A program made the position numbers and the translations under genes. A stretch of DNA of 64,000 nt from Gammaproteobacteria bacterium (GTDB taxonomy: Bacteria > Pseudomonadota > Gammaproteobacteria > Eutrophobiales > Eutrophobiaceae): NCBI GenBank assembly GCA_965221695.1, contig OZ244905.1, forward strand, positions 2,624,001 through 2,688,000. The letters run 5' to 3'. Below the pieces are notes generated by a model that saw nothing but the letters and a program-made list of their open reading frames with translations, was not told the DNA's origin and did not search any database. Shown one piece after another: positions 22,515 to 32,571 of the stretch. The first letter of the stretch is position 1. Every line of letters begins with the position of its first letter.

Positions 22515-24053
22515 TTGTCCCTATATCAGAACGAGTTGGAAGTCGTGTCAGAAAACGCAGCGGAACATTTGCCCGATAATGATCCCTCCCGGTTGCCGCC
22601 ATCGCCCGGTACCGGACCGGCCTGGAACGTGGCCGACCTGCCTGACCCGCCTGATTTCAATTTCCGCAATGCAGTCCGGGTTATCGGGCCGGGCGCGATT
22701 GTCCTGTCCACATCCATAGGGTTGGGGGAGTGGGTCCTGGGCCCGCTGGTGGTAACGCAATACGGTTTCACAATGCTATGGGTGGTAACCGTCGCCATTA
22801 TCCTGCAACTTGTGCTGAACATGGAATTCGTGCGTTACACGGTTTACACCGGCGAGCCCGTTATCAACGGGTTTCTGCGGCTCGCGCCACATCCGCTGTT
22901 CTGGGGCGGCATTTACATCCTGTTGTCGCTGTTTCATGTGGGCTGGCCGGCTTGGGCTGCCGCTTCCGCGGCGCCGTTATTTGCCGGTTTTACCGGCCAC
23001 CTTCCGGGCCCGGGAGATGAATCCGTAATGCGCTGGTTGGGCATTGCCAATCTGTTGGTCTGCGCTGCTATCGTTGCGGTGGGCGGCAAGATCGAGCGCA
23101 CCCTGGAAATCGTAAATTGGTTTATGGTGTTGTTCGTGTTCGGTTTTCTGCTGATCGTGTGCGCGCTTATCGTGCCCGCGGAAACCTGGTGGGCAGGAAT
23201 CCTGGGCTTCTTTGGCCTGACGCCGGGTTTCGATTTCCTGTTAATACCGGAAAACGTAAACTGGGTATTGATTGGCGGTTTTGCCGCATTCGCCGGCGCC
23301 GGGGGCATGGCCAATCTTACCGTAAGCAACTACATGCGGGACAAGGGGATAGGCATGGGCGCCAAGGTGGGGTATATCTCCACGCTGATTGGCGGCAGGA
23401 AAGTTGCGGTATCACCCGTGGGCAGCGTCTTTCCCGCGACCGAAGCCAACCTGGCGCGCTGGCGGGTATGGTGGCAATACGTGCGCTGCGACCAGATATT
23501 GGTCTGGGCTGCGGGCTGTTTTGTCGGTATGTTCCTGAACTGTATCCTGGCGGCGCATATCGTGCCTGCGGGGACGGAACTGAGCGGTCTATCCATTGGC
23601 GCGTTCCAGGCCGAATACCTGGCCCGGGAAAGCGGCGAGCTGCTGGGCTTTGTTACCTTGATCAACGGCTTCTGGATATTGTTCGGCAGCCAACTGGTCA
23701 CCATCGATCTGATGGTCCGTATCAATACCGACCTGGTCTGGAGCATGAGCGACCGTGTCCGGCGCATCACCGGCAACGACATACGGCGCCTGTACTATAG
23801 TCTGCTGGGAGTTTTTGTGCTGTGGGGCTGTATCGCCATCAACCTGGCCCAGCCCAAAGCGCTGGCGCTGATTGCCGCCAATGTCGCCGGTTTTGTACTC
23901 GTGGTGAGCGCCATCCATATTCTGGCTCTGAACCATATGGCATTGCCACGTTCGGTCAGAAGCCCCTGGTGGGTCAGAGGGCTGATTGTTTGCGCCGCGC
24001 TGTTTTACGCATTCTTCTTTGTGCAGAACGTGCTGGAACTGCTTGTAAGATAG
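22515..24053 (+). CDS. Nramp/APC-superfamily membrane transporter, substrate unknown
   Basis: Many hydrophobic segments, IGPGAIVLSTSIGLGEW, RYTVYTGE; lacks the DPGN metal motif of MntH. Confidence 0.75.
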   Translation: MSLYQNELEVVSENAAEHLPDNDPSRLPPSPGTGPAWNVADLPDPPDFNFRNAVRVIGPGAIVLSTSIGLGEWVLGPLVVTQYGFTMLWVVTVAIILQLVLNMEFVRYTVYTGEPVINGFLRLAPHPLFWGGIYILLSLFHVGWPAWAAASAAPLFAGFTGHLPGPGDESVMRWLGIANLLVCAAIVAVGGKIERTLEIVNWFMVLFVFGFLLIVCALIVPAETWWAGILGFFGLTPGFDFLLIPENVNWVLIGGFAAFAGAGGMANLTVSNYMRDKGIGMGAKVGYISTLIGGRKVAVSPVGSVFPATEANLARWRVWWQYVRCDQILVWAAGCFVGMFLNCILAAHIVPAGTELSGLSIGAFQAEYLARESGELLGFVTLINGFWILFGSQLVTIDLMVRINTDLVWSMSDRVRRITGNDIRRLYYSLLGVFVLWGCIAINLAQPKALALIAANVAGFVLVVSAIHILALNHMALPRSVRSPWWVRGLIVCAALFYAFFFVQNVLELLVR

Positions 24054-24156
24054 TTGTGCCGAATAAACGGGCGGCCCGAGGCGCCCAGCGCAGTGTGTAA
24101 TGGCAACATACTTGGCAAATTATCATAACTCATTGACAGCAGACATCTATCCGATG

Positions 24157-24202
24157 CTGACAAGCGAATCGGTGCTAGGATGGACTTGTCCAGAGCTTCC
24201 TT
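24157..24202 (+). repeat. Right-end fragment of the IS5-like miniature element family
   Basis: CTGACAAG...AGGATGGACTTGTCCAGAGCTTCCT matches 26496-26531. Confidence 0.7.
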
Positions 24203-24217
24203 GATATATTATCGGAC

Positions 24218-24772
24218 ATGTCATTAAATCGCAGAGATTTCATCAGGCAGTCGGGTCTTGCCTTGAGCTTTACCGTGGCAGGCAAAACGCTTCTGCTTAC
24301 CCCGCGAGAGGCTTACGCCAGAAGCGTTCCTTTTTCAATTCTGAATCAGGAGGAAGTCGACACTCTGGAGGCGATCTGTGAACATTTGCTGTCCGGCGCC
24401 AGAGAAAACGGCGTGGCGTATTTTGTCGACCACCAGTTGTCTCTTGACCCCAATGATAGCTTGCTGTTCATCAAATGTTTCAATCTGGAGCCGCCTTACG
24501 CGGACTTCTACCGGTCTGCGCTGGCGGAAATCAGCAGGGTGAGCGAGACAATATATGGCGTGAGTATCGTTGATCTCCACCAGGCCGGCGCAGTATCCCT
24601 GATCGAATCACTGCGCGATGGAAACATCGCCGGCTGGAACGGCCCCCCACCGCCACTGGTTTATCACGCGCTGCGCAATGATGCTGTGGACGTGGTGTAC
24701 GGCACTATGGAAGGTTTTGCGCATTTGGGCATTCCTTACCTGGCACATATCGAACCACCGCGGACTTGGTAA
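24218..24772 (+). CDS. Gluconate 2-dehydrogenase subunit 3-family protein with Tat signal
   Basis: MSLNRRDFIR twin-arginine motif, GARENGVAYFVDHQL; directly upstream of a GMC flavoprotein. Confidence 0.85.
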   Translation: MSLNRRDFIRQSGLALSFTVAGKTLLLTPREAYARSVPFSILNQEEVDTLEAICEHLLSGARENGVAYFVDHQLSLDPNDSLLFIKCFNLEPPYADFYRSALAEISRVSETIYGVSIVDLHQAGAVSLIESLRDGNIAGWNGPPPPLVYHALRNDAVDVVYGTMEGFAHLGIPYLAHIEPPRTW

Positions 24773-24773
24773 C

Positions 24774-26348
24774 ATGAAACAGCCCGAAAAAGTGGATGTC
24801 GTAATCGTCGGTAGCGGCGCAGCCGGCAGCGTCTATGCGGCCATCTTCGCCGAGGCAGGGAAAAGCGTAGTGGTATTGGAAAAAGGCCCGGACCGTAAAC
24901 TGACGGATTTATACAGCTCGCAAATCTGGGCCAGACGCCTGAAATGGGGAGCGCCTCACGTATACGAGGAGGGCAAGGACAGTATCTGGTACAACTTCAA
25001 TGCCGGGCACGGCTTCGGCGGCGCGGCAATGCATCATTATGCGGTATGGCCCAGGTATCATCCGGAAGACATGCGGGAACAAACACTCTACGGCAAGGGG
25101 TTGGACTGGCCGCTGGAATATGAGCAACTGCGCCCTTGGTACGACCAGACGCAGGAAGATGTGGGCATGTCCGGCGATGCGGAGCAGGAAGTCTGGCGTC
25201 CGCCGGGCGCGCCTTACCCATTGCCGCCCTTGCCCGTGTTTGAGCACGGCGAGATCCTGGCGCGCGGCTTTACCGAATTGGACCTGCGCACCTCGCCTAT
25301 TCCGGTTGCCATCCTGTCCCGGGAATACAAGGGGAGGCCGGCCTGCATCTATGACAGTTGGTGCGATGCGGGATGCCCGACGGGCGCGTTGGCCAACCCC
25401 TTGGTCGAATACCTGCCCAGAGCGGTAAAATCCGGCGCTATGATGCGGGCTGACAGTTATGTCACCCGTGTGCTCACGGACCGGAGCGGACAGCAAGCCA
25501 TCGGTGTTGAATACTATGATAAGACCGGCGCGCGCCATGAGCAACTGGCGGATGCAGTCGTTATCGCTGCTTTCACCGTTGAGAACTGCCGCATCCTACT
25601 GAACTCCGCCAGCGACGCGCACAGCGATGGCCTGGGCAATTCCAGCGGCGCGCTGGGCCATTACCTGATGTCCCATCCGGCGGTCAATATTTTCGGGATG
25701 TTCAAGGAGGAGACACGCTGCTATTTCGGTGTCAGCGGTGGCCAATTATTCAGCCAGGACGGTTTTGAAAAGGAAAAAAGCGAGGCTATCTTCGGCAGTA
25801 GACAGTGGGAAATCGGCCTGGGGACCAAGCCCAATGACCTGCTCGGCATCGCCATGAGCCGGGCCGACCTGTTCGGCAATGATTTGCACGATTTCGTCAA
25901 ACGCGGCAGCCGCCATTTGGGCGCCATGGTCGGGGTGTGTGAATGCCTGCCCCATGCGAGCAATCGTATTGAGCTGTCCGACAACAAGGACAAGTTCGGC
26001 ATGCGTCTGGCGCGAGCCAACTTCAACCTTGATGATCATGCGCGCAAGCTCTGGCGGCAGACGGCAGATCTGGGCGTAAAAATATTCCAGGCCGCCGGCG
26101 CAACCGAAGCCTGGCACAGCCCGCCGGGTGGCCAACATATCATGGGCGGCACGATTATGGGCAAGGACAGGAGCAAATCGGTGACCAACGAATACGCGCA
26201 ACTACACGATGTGCCCAATGTCATTATCGGCGGCCCCAGCGTCTTTCCCACCAGTTCCAGCGTGAATTCCACCTTCACCGCCCACGCCGTGGCGTTGCGC
26301 TCGGCCAGCCATATCGCCGAGCATTGGGGCGTATTGACCTCTGATTAA
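24774..26348 (+). CDS. GMC-family oxidoreductase flavoprotein subunit
   Basis: VDVVIVGSGAAG, CIYDSWCDAGCP Cys cluster, HIMGGTIMG, PSVFPTS. Start MKQPEK at 24774. Confidence 0.9.
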   Translation: MKQPEKVDVVIVGSGAAGSVYAAIFAEAGKSVVVLEKGPDRKLTDLYSSQIWARRLKWGAPHVYEEGKDSIWYNFNAGHGFGGAAMHHYAVWPRYHPEDMREQTLYGKGLDWPLEYEQLRPWYDQTQEDVGMSGDAEQEVWRPPGAPYPLPPLPVFEHGEILARGFTELDLRTSPIPVAILSREYKGRPACIYDSWCDAGCPTGALANPLVEYLPRAVKSGAMMRADSYVTRVLTDRSGQQAIGVEYYDKTGARHEQLADAVVIAAFTVENCRILLNSASDAHSDGLGNSSGALGHYLMSHPAVNIFGMFKEETRCYFGVSGGQLFSQDGFEKEKSEAIFGSRQWEIGLGTKPNDLLGIAMSRADLFGNDLHDFVKRGSRHLGAMVGVCECLPHASNRIELSDNKDKFGMRLARANFNLDDHARKLWRQTADLGVKIFQAAGATEAWHSPPGGQHIMGGTIMGKDRSKSVTNEYAQLHDVPNVIIGGPSVFPTSSSVNSTFTAHAVALRSASHIAEHWGVLTSD

Positions 26349-26377
26349 GGCCGGGATGAACTTTTCTGAGTTTGCTT

Positions 26378-26533
26378 TAGGAACCTCTGATTAAGTCAGA
26401 GGTTCCTACGATACAAGGATGTATCGTCAATATCAATGACTGTAAGGCATTGATATTGTGAGGAAAACAAAAATCGCATTTTTGTTTTTCGTACTCTGAC
26501 AAGTCCAGGATGGACTTGTTCAGAGTTTTCTTT
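26378..26533. mobile_element. Longest copy of a ~150-bp non-autonomous miniature element (MITE-like) with IS5-type ends
   Basis: Left end TAGGAACCTCTGATTAAGTC; right end GGACTTGTTCAGAGTTTTCTTTA; five consecutive hairpins inside; related copies throughout the window. Confidence 0.7.
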
Positions 26534-26598
26534 ATTATTTCTGTAGCTGTTTTATAATCAACAGTCCTGAATAAGACCAGGACTTAAGGAGACACTTC

Positions 26599-27180
26599 AT
26601 GACATTGCAACGTATTATAAATATCGTACTGCTTGCTTCCGCTCTGACTGTATTCGGCAAAAGCGCCGCTGCCGCTGAATATGAGATTGACATTGAAGGT
26701 ATGCACGCAGCGGTACAGTTCCGCATCTATCACCTGGGTTACAGCGTTCTGACTGGTCGTTTCAATGACTTCGGCGGGACTTTCACCTGGGACAAGGACA
26801 ACCCGGAAGCGTCGTCCATTAACGTGACGATCAAAACGGCCAGCATTGATTCAAATCATGCGGAACGGGATAAGCATCTGCGCGAAGCGGATTTTCTGAA
26901 CGTGGAAAAATATCCGGAAGCGACTTTCAAGAGCACAAAGTATAACGGTGACGCGAGCGGCGGCAAGCTGGACGGAATACTGACTCTGCACGGGGTCAGC
27001 AAGCCGATAACGTTAGACGTGAAATTCATAGGTGAAGGGGATGATCCTTGGGGTGGCTATCGCGCCGGCTTTGAAGGCAGTGTGACCCTACGGCGTTCTG
27101 ACTTCGGCATGATGTACGACCTGGGTCCGAAATCGGATGAGATGCAATTGGACCTGTATATCGAAGGAATCAGGAAGTAA
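26599..27180 (+). CDS. yceI: YceI-family periplasmic lipid/quinone-binding protein
   Basis: Signal peptide, [34 protein letters not shown]. Confidence 0.92.
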   Translation: MTLQRIINIVLLASALTVFGKSAAAAEYEIDIEGMHAAVQFRIYHLGYSVLTGRFNDFGGTFTWDKDNPEASSINVTIKTASIDSNHAERDKHLREADFLNVEKYPEATFKSTKYNGDASGGKLDGILTLHGVSKPITLDVKFIGEGDDPWGGYRAGFEGSVTLRRSDFGMMYDLGPKSDEMQLDLYIEGIRK

Positions 27181-27210
27181 TACAGGTATTTTCCGACAGC
27201 AGTCTGATTC

Positions 27211-27756
27211 ATGTTGATCAGGAACACTGCGTCCCGTTTCGGCCTGTTCAGCAAGCTGCTGCACTGGCTGATCGGCGCGCTGATTCTCGGTTTGATCTGG
27301 CTGGGCTGGTACATGGTGGATCTGACCTATTATGACAAGTGGTATAACGATTCGCTGCATTACCACAAATCGCTGGGTATCCTGGTTCTGGCCCTGGCGC
27401 TGGTCAAGATCGGCTGGCAGCAGTATACCCCTGCGCCCGGAGCGGTAGCCGGTCTGAAAACCTGGGAAAAGACCGGAGCAAAGCTCATGCACTACATTCT
27501 GTGGGGAATGATGTTGCTAATCCCGGTGACCGGTTACCTGATTTCCACCTCCGCGGGAAAGCCCATTCAACTGTTTAACTGGTTTGCGATACCTGCGATC
27601 GTGGATGTGGATGAGGAGTTGAGGGAGCTTGCCATCGACATCCATTTCTACCTGGCCTACGCGACCTTGTTTCTGGTTGTCGGTCATGCAGGCGCGGCGT
27701 TGAAGCATCACTTCATCAATAAGGACGACACGCTGAAACGCATGCTGTGGCAATGA
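27211..27756 (+). CDS. Cytochrome b561 (YceJ-like)
   Basis: LLHWL, HKSLGI, HAGAALKHHF..KDDTLKRM; usual partner of yceI. Confidence 0.9.
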   Translation: MLIRNTASRFGLFSKLLHWLIGALILGLIWLGWYMVDLTYYDKWYNDSLHYHKSLGILVLALALVKIGWQQYTPAPGAVAGLKTWEKTGAKLMHYILWGMMLLIPVTGYLISTSAGKPIQLFNWFAIPAIVDVDEELRELAIDIHFYLAYATLFLVVGHAGAALKHHFINKDDTLKRMLWQ

Positions 27757-27764
27757 GCGCTGAA

Positions 27765-27800
27765 TTAAGGAACCTTTGGACTCAATCAAAGGTTCCTTAA
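27765..27800. repeat. 14-bp perfect inverted repeat (element ends only); possible bidirectional terminator
   Basis: TTAAGGAACCTTTG-N8-CAAAGGTTCCTTAA between convergent genes. Confidence 0.75.
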
Positions 27801-27802
27801 GT

Positions 27803-29173
27803 TCAGCCCAGGGTCAGGTAGCAAACCAGGGTTATCACCACCGCCAATATCAGGTTCAGCACAAATCCTCCCTGCGCCATCTCCCTTATGGTGAGTTGGC
27901 CTGTGCCGAATACGATGGCATTAGGCACGGTGGCAACCGGTAGCATGAAGGCGCAGCTAGCCGACATCGCGGCCGGTATCATCATCAGTTCCGGGCTCAC
28001 CCCCACGGCAATGGCCGTGGCCGCGAAGATAGGCATCAACAAGGTGGTCGTTGCGGTATTGGAAGTGATCTCGGTCAGAAAGGTCACGCCCAGGCAAATG
28101 CATAACAGCAATAGGGGTAGGGGAAACTTTGCCAGCACTGCCAGTTGTTGCGCGATCAGTTCCGCAAGACCGCTGGATGAAAATGCCTTGGCGATGGTAA
28201 TGCCGCTGGCGAACAGCACTAACATGCCCCAGGGAATATCCGCTGCTGTTTTCCAATCCAGCAGGCGGTCGCCCTTGCCGGACGGCAACAAAAACATGGC
28301 GACTACGGCAGCCAGCGCTACGCTGGCATCGCCCACTCCAGGCGTCCCCAGCAGGCCCGACCAGCCGCCAAACGGTTCCGAGCGCGTAATCCAAAGCGCT
28401 ATGGTGATTCCGAATACAATCAACGCCCGCACTTCGTTCACCTGCCATGGATCGGCTGCCGGTAAATCCAGCGCCTCTTTCCATTTGACGTTGCGCGTCA
28501 ACCATAAAGCCATCAGGGGCAAACCGCACAAGACAACCGGCAACCCTGTTTTCATCCATTCCACAAACGTGTACTCAAGACCGGTGAACTCCGAATAGAC
28601 CCCCGCGAAAATGATATTAGGCGGTGTGCCTATCAGGGTTGCTACACCGCCCAGGGAAGCGGAATGGGCGAGACCAAGCAAGACGGCGATCGACAAGGTC
28701 TTGTCTTCCACCTGTTTGAGCACCGCCAGGGCAATGGGTATCAGGATCAAAGTCGTGGCCGTGTTGCTGATCCACATGGACAACATGGCCGCGGTTAACA
28801 TGAAGGCGAACACGATGCGCTTCCCACTGCCGCCAACCGTGTGCAGAATAGCCAGGGCAAAGCGTTTGTGCACCCCGGATCGTTCCAGCGCTTTTGCCAG
28901 CATGAAACCGCCCATCAACAGCAGGATTACCGGGCTGCCCAGGCCGGCTGCAGCTTCCCTGTGGGTCAGCACATTAGCCAGTGGGAAGGCAAAAAACGGG
29001 ATTAATGAAGTCGCCGGGATCGGAATGCTTTCCGTGACCCACCAGATCGCGGTCAGTAAAGTGATGGCAGCGGTGGCGGCTATGACATATTCGATGCCTG
29101 AGTAACGCAGCAGCAGGAATAACACGACCGCCGCAAGCGGCGCGGCGAAAAGCATGATAGAGTTGGTTTTCAT
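27803..29173 (-). CDS. SLC13/DASS-family Na+/dicarboxylate or sulfate symporter
   Basis: SMWISNTAT, IGTPPN, TEITSNTAT, AFMLPVATVPNAI. Confidence 0.92.
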   Translation of the reverse strand: MKTNSIMLFAAPLAAVVLFLLLRYSGIEYVIAATAAITLLTAIWWVTESIPIPATSLIPFFAFPLANVLTHREAAAGLGSPVILLLMGGFMLAKALERSGVHKRFALAILHTVGGSGKRIVFAFMLTAAMLSMWISNTATTLILIPIALAVLKQVEDKTLSIAVLLGLAHSASLGGVATLIGTPPNIIFAGVYSEFTGLEYTFVEWMKTGLPVVLCGLPLMALWLTRNVKWKEALDLPAADPWQVNEVRALIVFGITIALWITRSEPFGGWSGLLGTPGVGDASVALAAVVAMFLLPSGKGDRLLDWKTAADIPWGMLVLFASGITIAKAFSSSGLAELIAQQLAVLAKFPLPLLLLCICLGVTFLTEITSNTATTTLLMPIFAATAIAVGVSPELMMIPAAMSASCAFMLPVATVPNAIVFGTGQLTIREMAQGGFVLNLILAVVITLVCYLTLG

Positions 29174-29257
29174 TATTGTATAATCCGTTGAGGTTACAGA
29201 TTAACACAAGGAAATTCTGATTATGTCAGCGCATCCACAAATAAGGCCCTTTGAATT

Positions 29258-30124
29258 ATGCGAAGATTGCCCGCTAAACTGATATGGTTCCTGTTGCTGT
29301 GGTGTACGCTGCCTGCAGCGATGGCATGCAGCCTGGCCGGGTTTGCCGAGCATTATATCCAGGCACAGCAGTCCCGGAGCATGGTCGATGACTGTTATTA
29401 TCAGCTTATTGACGATATGGACAAGGCGCGTGTGCTCCAGACCGATGTAATCAGTTTGCTGGATGATGCTTCCCGCCGCGCCGGTTACAAGGTGGGACTT
29501 ACAGATAGCAAAGTTCAGGAAATGTTCGGCATCGCCCGGCCCCTGGTTGGGGTTCTGTTTGAGAACATGCTGCTGCCGGACGGCGCCACGCTGGAACTGG
29601 CTTCCACTACCTCATTGCTGGTAGAGCTGGACCTGCTGGCACGGGTACGGTCGGCGGCAATCAATCAGGCCGGCTCAATCGAAGCTGTGGCAGAGCATAT
29701 CGATGCCATTTTGCCATTCATCGAATTGCCCGACGCGTTGTTCCAGTTGGACCGTGGCAACGGAGCTGCGTTGTTGATGGCGGGCAATGTGGGGGCCAGG
29801 TGGGGTGTGGTCGGCGCGCCCGTTATCGTGGATAATACCCGTGAATTGATCGAATCCCTTCCTGACATGGCCTTGCGCTTATCGGACGACAAAGGACAAA
29901 TCCTACGCACCGGCCACGGCAGTCAAATTCTTGGTCATCCATTGAACTCCGTGCTGTATCTGTTGAAGGAACTGCAACTCAGAAACGATACGATCAAACC
30001 GGGCGACGTGATCAGTCTGGGCGCCATTGGCGGACCGGTAAAAGCGGAACAAGGCCGGCGATACACGGCGCACTACCGCGGCTACGGCGCGACGGATTTG
30101 AGCGTTTCTGTCGTTATACAGTAA
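29258..30124 (+). CDS. 2-keto-4-pentenoate hydratase (FAH-fold)-like protein with predicted signal peptide
   Basis: GYKVGLT, PLVGVLF, ILGHPLNSV, GDVISLG; hydrophobic N-terminus ending AMA. Confidence 0.78.
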   Translation: MRRLPAKLIWFLLLWCTLPAAMACSLAGFAEHYIQAQQSRSMVDDCYYQLIDDMDKARVLQTDVISLLDDASRRAGYKVGLTDSKVQEMFGIARPLVGVLFENMLLPDGATLELASTTSLLVELDLLARVRSAAINQAGSIEAVAEHIDAILPFIELPDALFQLDRGNGAALLMAGNVGARWGVVGAPVIVDNTRELIESLPDMALRLSDDKGQILRTGHGSQILGHPLNSVLYLLKELQLRNDTIKPGDVISLGAIGGPVKAEQGRRYTAHYRGYGATDLSVSVVIQ

Positions 30125-30138
30125 GGCGCGCTTTATCC

Positions 30139-31128
30139 TTACCTGATGGCAAACGGGCGCGCGGGGGAACCGGTTGCGCCTTTGAACGGAATAGCGCCGA
30201 AGACAAAAGCGAATTCGTAGACTTTGTCTTCCAGCAGGGCGCTGAAATCGATGTTTTCCATGATGTAAATTCCATTTTCCACCAGGAATTTCTGGTGGTT
30301 GGGGGCAAATTGCGAGGGATCAGGTCCGGGGATGGTCTCAACGGCCCAATTGTCGGTCCCGACCAGGACAACCTGTTTGCCCACCACCCAGTCGCCGGCC
30401 CGGTCCGTCAGCCCCGGCACGCACTGGTTGAATCGAGCATTATCGGTCTTCCACAAGGTTCCCCAGCCGGTGTAATAGAACAACGCATCGCCGGGTTGAA
30501 TAACATCTTCATCCATTCCCTGCCGTGTCAACGCCGCGCGCAGGTCGGCAAGCGTGACTTCTTCTGTGCAATCCAGCATGTGTCCTTTATAGCCGGCGAT
30601 ATCGATCAGAATGCCGCGGGTAAAGATGGGCGTAACATGCTCCACGCCCAGTTTGCTGAAACCTCGCCCAGTGCCGATCTCGGCATGACTATGGCCGTTG
30701 TAATAGCGCACTTCGTTCAGGTCGCCCGGTTTCCCCAAGACTGTCGCCATGTGGCTGAGGGAGTCAAACTGAGTGCCGTCCTGGGTGATATGCCCGGCGA
30801 TGTAGTCTTCGTTCCAGGCCAGCCGGTTGTCCCCCAAGGGCCCCCAGGAAGTGGCGCCCGGCACAGTCAGAGTGTACTTGCGACGCTGCGGCGTCAGGTC
30901 GAACAAAGGCATGTCTTCCTCGAACACCCGGCCCATGTCGTAGATTTTTCCTTCTTTTATCAAACCGGCCGCGGCAAGAACCTTGTTCGGAGTCAACCTG
31001 TTCAGCGCGCCAAGTTGGTCATCCGCGCCCCACTCGGACGGCCACCATTTTTTCGTATCGTCGGCGGAATAAGTGATATGGGTCAACAGGCAACAACTGG
31101 CGATCGTCAAAACAATAGTTCTTATCAT
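30139..31128 (-). CDS. Cyclase-family (kynurenine formamidase-like) metal hydrolase with predicted signal peptide
   Basis: WGADDQLGALN, GTQFDSLSH, TRGILIDIA, VGTDNWAVE, KGATGSPARP. Start MIRT at 31128. Confidence 0.85.
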   Translation of the reverse strand: MIRTIVLTIASCCLLTHITYSADDTKKWWPSEWGADDQLGALNRLTPNKVLAAAGLIKEGKIYDMGRVFEEDMPLFDLTPQRRKYTLTVPGATSWGPLGDNRLAWNEDYIAGHITQDGTQFDSLSHMATVLGKPGDLNEVRYYNGHSHAEIGTGRGFSKLGVEHVTPIFTRGILIDIAGYKGHMLDCTEEVTLADLRAALTRQGMDEDVIQPGDALFYYTGWGTLWKTDNARFNQCVPGLTDRAGDWVVGKQVVLVGTDNWAVETIPGPDPSQFAPNHQKFLVENGIYIMENIDFSALLEDKVYEFAFVFGAIPFKGATGSPARPFAIR

Positions 31129-31209
31129 GATGGTTTCCCGGCAGAGATGGATCAAATTACAGTATAATGAAGGAAGCTGATTAACTACAGCACAAGCACG
31201 AGGATATTG

Positions 31210-31247
31210 GTACTCTGACAACTCCAGGATAGGTTTGTTAAGGCTTT
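31210..31247 (+). repeat. Degenerate right end of the IS5-like miniature element
   Basis: GTACTCTGACAACTCCAGGATAGGTTTGTT resembles GTACTCTGACAAGTCCAGGATGGACTTGTT at 26491. Confidence 0.65.
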
Positions 31248-31262
31248 ACAAAAGAGGATGTA

Positions 31263-32021
31263 ATGACCAAACGCTACCAAGACAAGACGGTATTGATACT
31301 AGGCGGAACCAGCGGCATCGGCAGAACCACGGCCTTGCAGTTTGCGCTGGAAGGAGCCAATGTCGTGATCGGTGGACGCAATCAGGATAACGGCAACGAA
31401 GTGGCGCGTTCCATTGAGGCGATGGATGGCAACGGTCTGTTCGTGCAGACAGACGTCAGAGAAGCGGATGCCGTGCAGAATGTCGTGGACAGAACGCTGG
31501 AAACCTTCGGTGAACTTAACGTGGCCTTTAATAACGCAGGTCTGGCCGGCACCGGAAACAAAGTCGCCGACGAAAGCGAAGCGGACTGGCAGGATATGAT
31601 CGATACCAAGCTGAACGGTGTTTGGCGCGGTATGAAATGCCAGATACCCGCCATGCTTAAAAACGGTGGCGGCTCCATTGTGAATATGGCTGGCAACTGG
31701 GGTTTGGTAGGATTTCCCGCCTACGCGGCATATTGCGCCGCGGCACACGGCATCATGGGGTTGACCAAAGCGGCGGCCATGGAATATCCCAAGGCCGGGA
31801 TCAGGATCAACGCCGTCTGCCCCGGCGCGGTGGACGCGCCCATCCTGGATCGTATGACGGGCGGCAACGCGGGAATCAAAAGCAGTTTCGCTGAACAATT
31901 GCCCGTAGGAAGATTGTGCAGTCAACAAGACATTGCCGAAGCCGTGCTGTGGCTGGCTTCCGACGCTGCGTCCTATGTGAACGGCGTCGGCCTGGCGCTG
32001 GATGGCGGCGGTAGTCCTTGA
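31263..32021 (+). CDS. Short-chain dehydrogenase/reductase
   Basis: GGTSGIG, FNNAG, RINAVCPG. The YxxxK motif reads YCAAA, so the Lys is absent. Confidence 0.9.
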   Translation: MTKRYQDKTVLILGGTSGIGRTTALQFALEGANVVIGGRNQDNGNEVARSIEAMDGNGLFVQTDVREADAVQNVVDRTLETFGELNVAFNNAGLAGTGNKVADESEADWQDMIDTKLNGVWRGMKCQIPAMLKNGGGSIVNMAGNWGLVGFPAYAAYCAAAHGIMGLTKAAAMEYPKAGIRINAVCPGAVDAPILDRMTGGNAGIKSSFAEQLPVGRLCSQQDIAEAVLWLASDAASYVNGVGLALDGGGSP

Positions 32022-32025
32022 CGCG

Positions 32026-32571
32026 TTACCCCTCCAACTGTTGTTTCAACTCACCCACCGGTTTGATCCAGTCTTCGTCCATACTGACCCGGGTCTTGCC
32101 CCAGCCTTCCTTGTAGCTGCACAGGATTTCCTGGGTCAGGGCGGTGTGGGTCAGCTTCCATTCACCGCCGATCCGGATCATTTTGTCATCGTAGTAACCG
32201 GCCACCCACACCGGGTCATACTCCCCGGTTCTGGAATTATGCACCGTGGCGGCCTCGAACAGATACCAGCGCGCTGTGGCTGACTGGCAATCATCGGCCA
32301 CTTCAATTCTGACCGGCAACAGGCAGTGGAACATCCAGGTGAACGGGTTGACTTCCAGAAACGCGCGAATCTCTGCGTGACCCTGCAGCGTCGTATCCCA
32401 GTTGGTGAACTCCATCACTCCATCTTCCGTATACAGGTTGACGAACATGTCAATATCCATGTTCGGGTCGGCAGCCAGGGCAGAGCGCTGTTTAAGATGC
32501 CGGATCTCTTCCATTGCTTCCAGTCTTTCCAGGCGTTTTAACAGTTCTTCGGTTTTATTTGAATCGTTCAT
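32026..32571 (-). CDS. NTF2/SnoaL-like domain protein (scytalone dehydratase/BaiE/LinA fold)
   Basis: LERLEAMEEIRHLK, LYTEDG, GHAEIR, ATARWYL, GYYDD..R..GEWK. Confidence 0.8.
   Translation of the reverse strand: MNDSNKTEELLKRLERLEAMEEIRHLKQRSALAADPNMDIDMFVNLYTEDGVMEFTNWDTTLQGHAEIRAFLEVNPFTWMFHCLLPVRIEVADDCQSATARWYLFEAATVHNSRTGEYDPVWVAGYYDDKMIRIGGEWKLTHTALTQEILCSYKEGWGKTRVSMDEDWIKPVGELKQQLEG

Noticed and set aside
26378-26533. CRISPR array, riboswitch or attC cassette site
   Set aside because: There are no regularly spaced direct repeats, cas genes or integrase. Copies occur in both orientations with IS5-like ends, which fits a MITE better.
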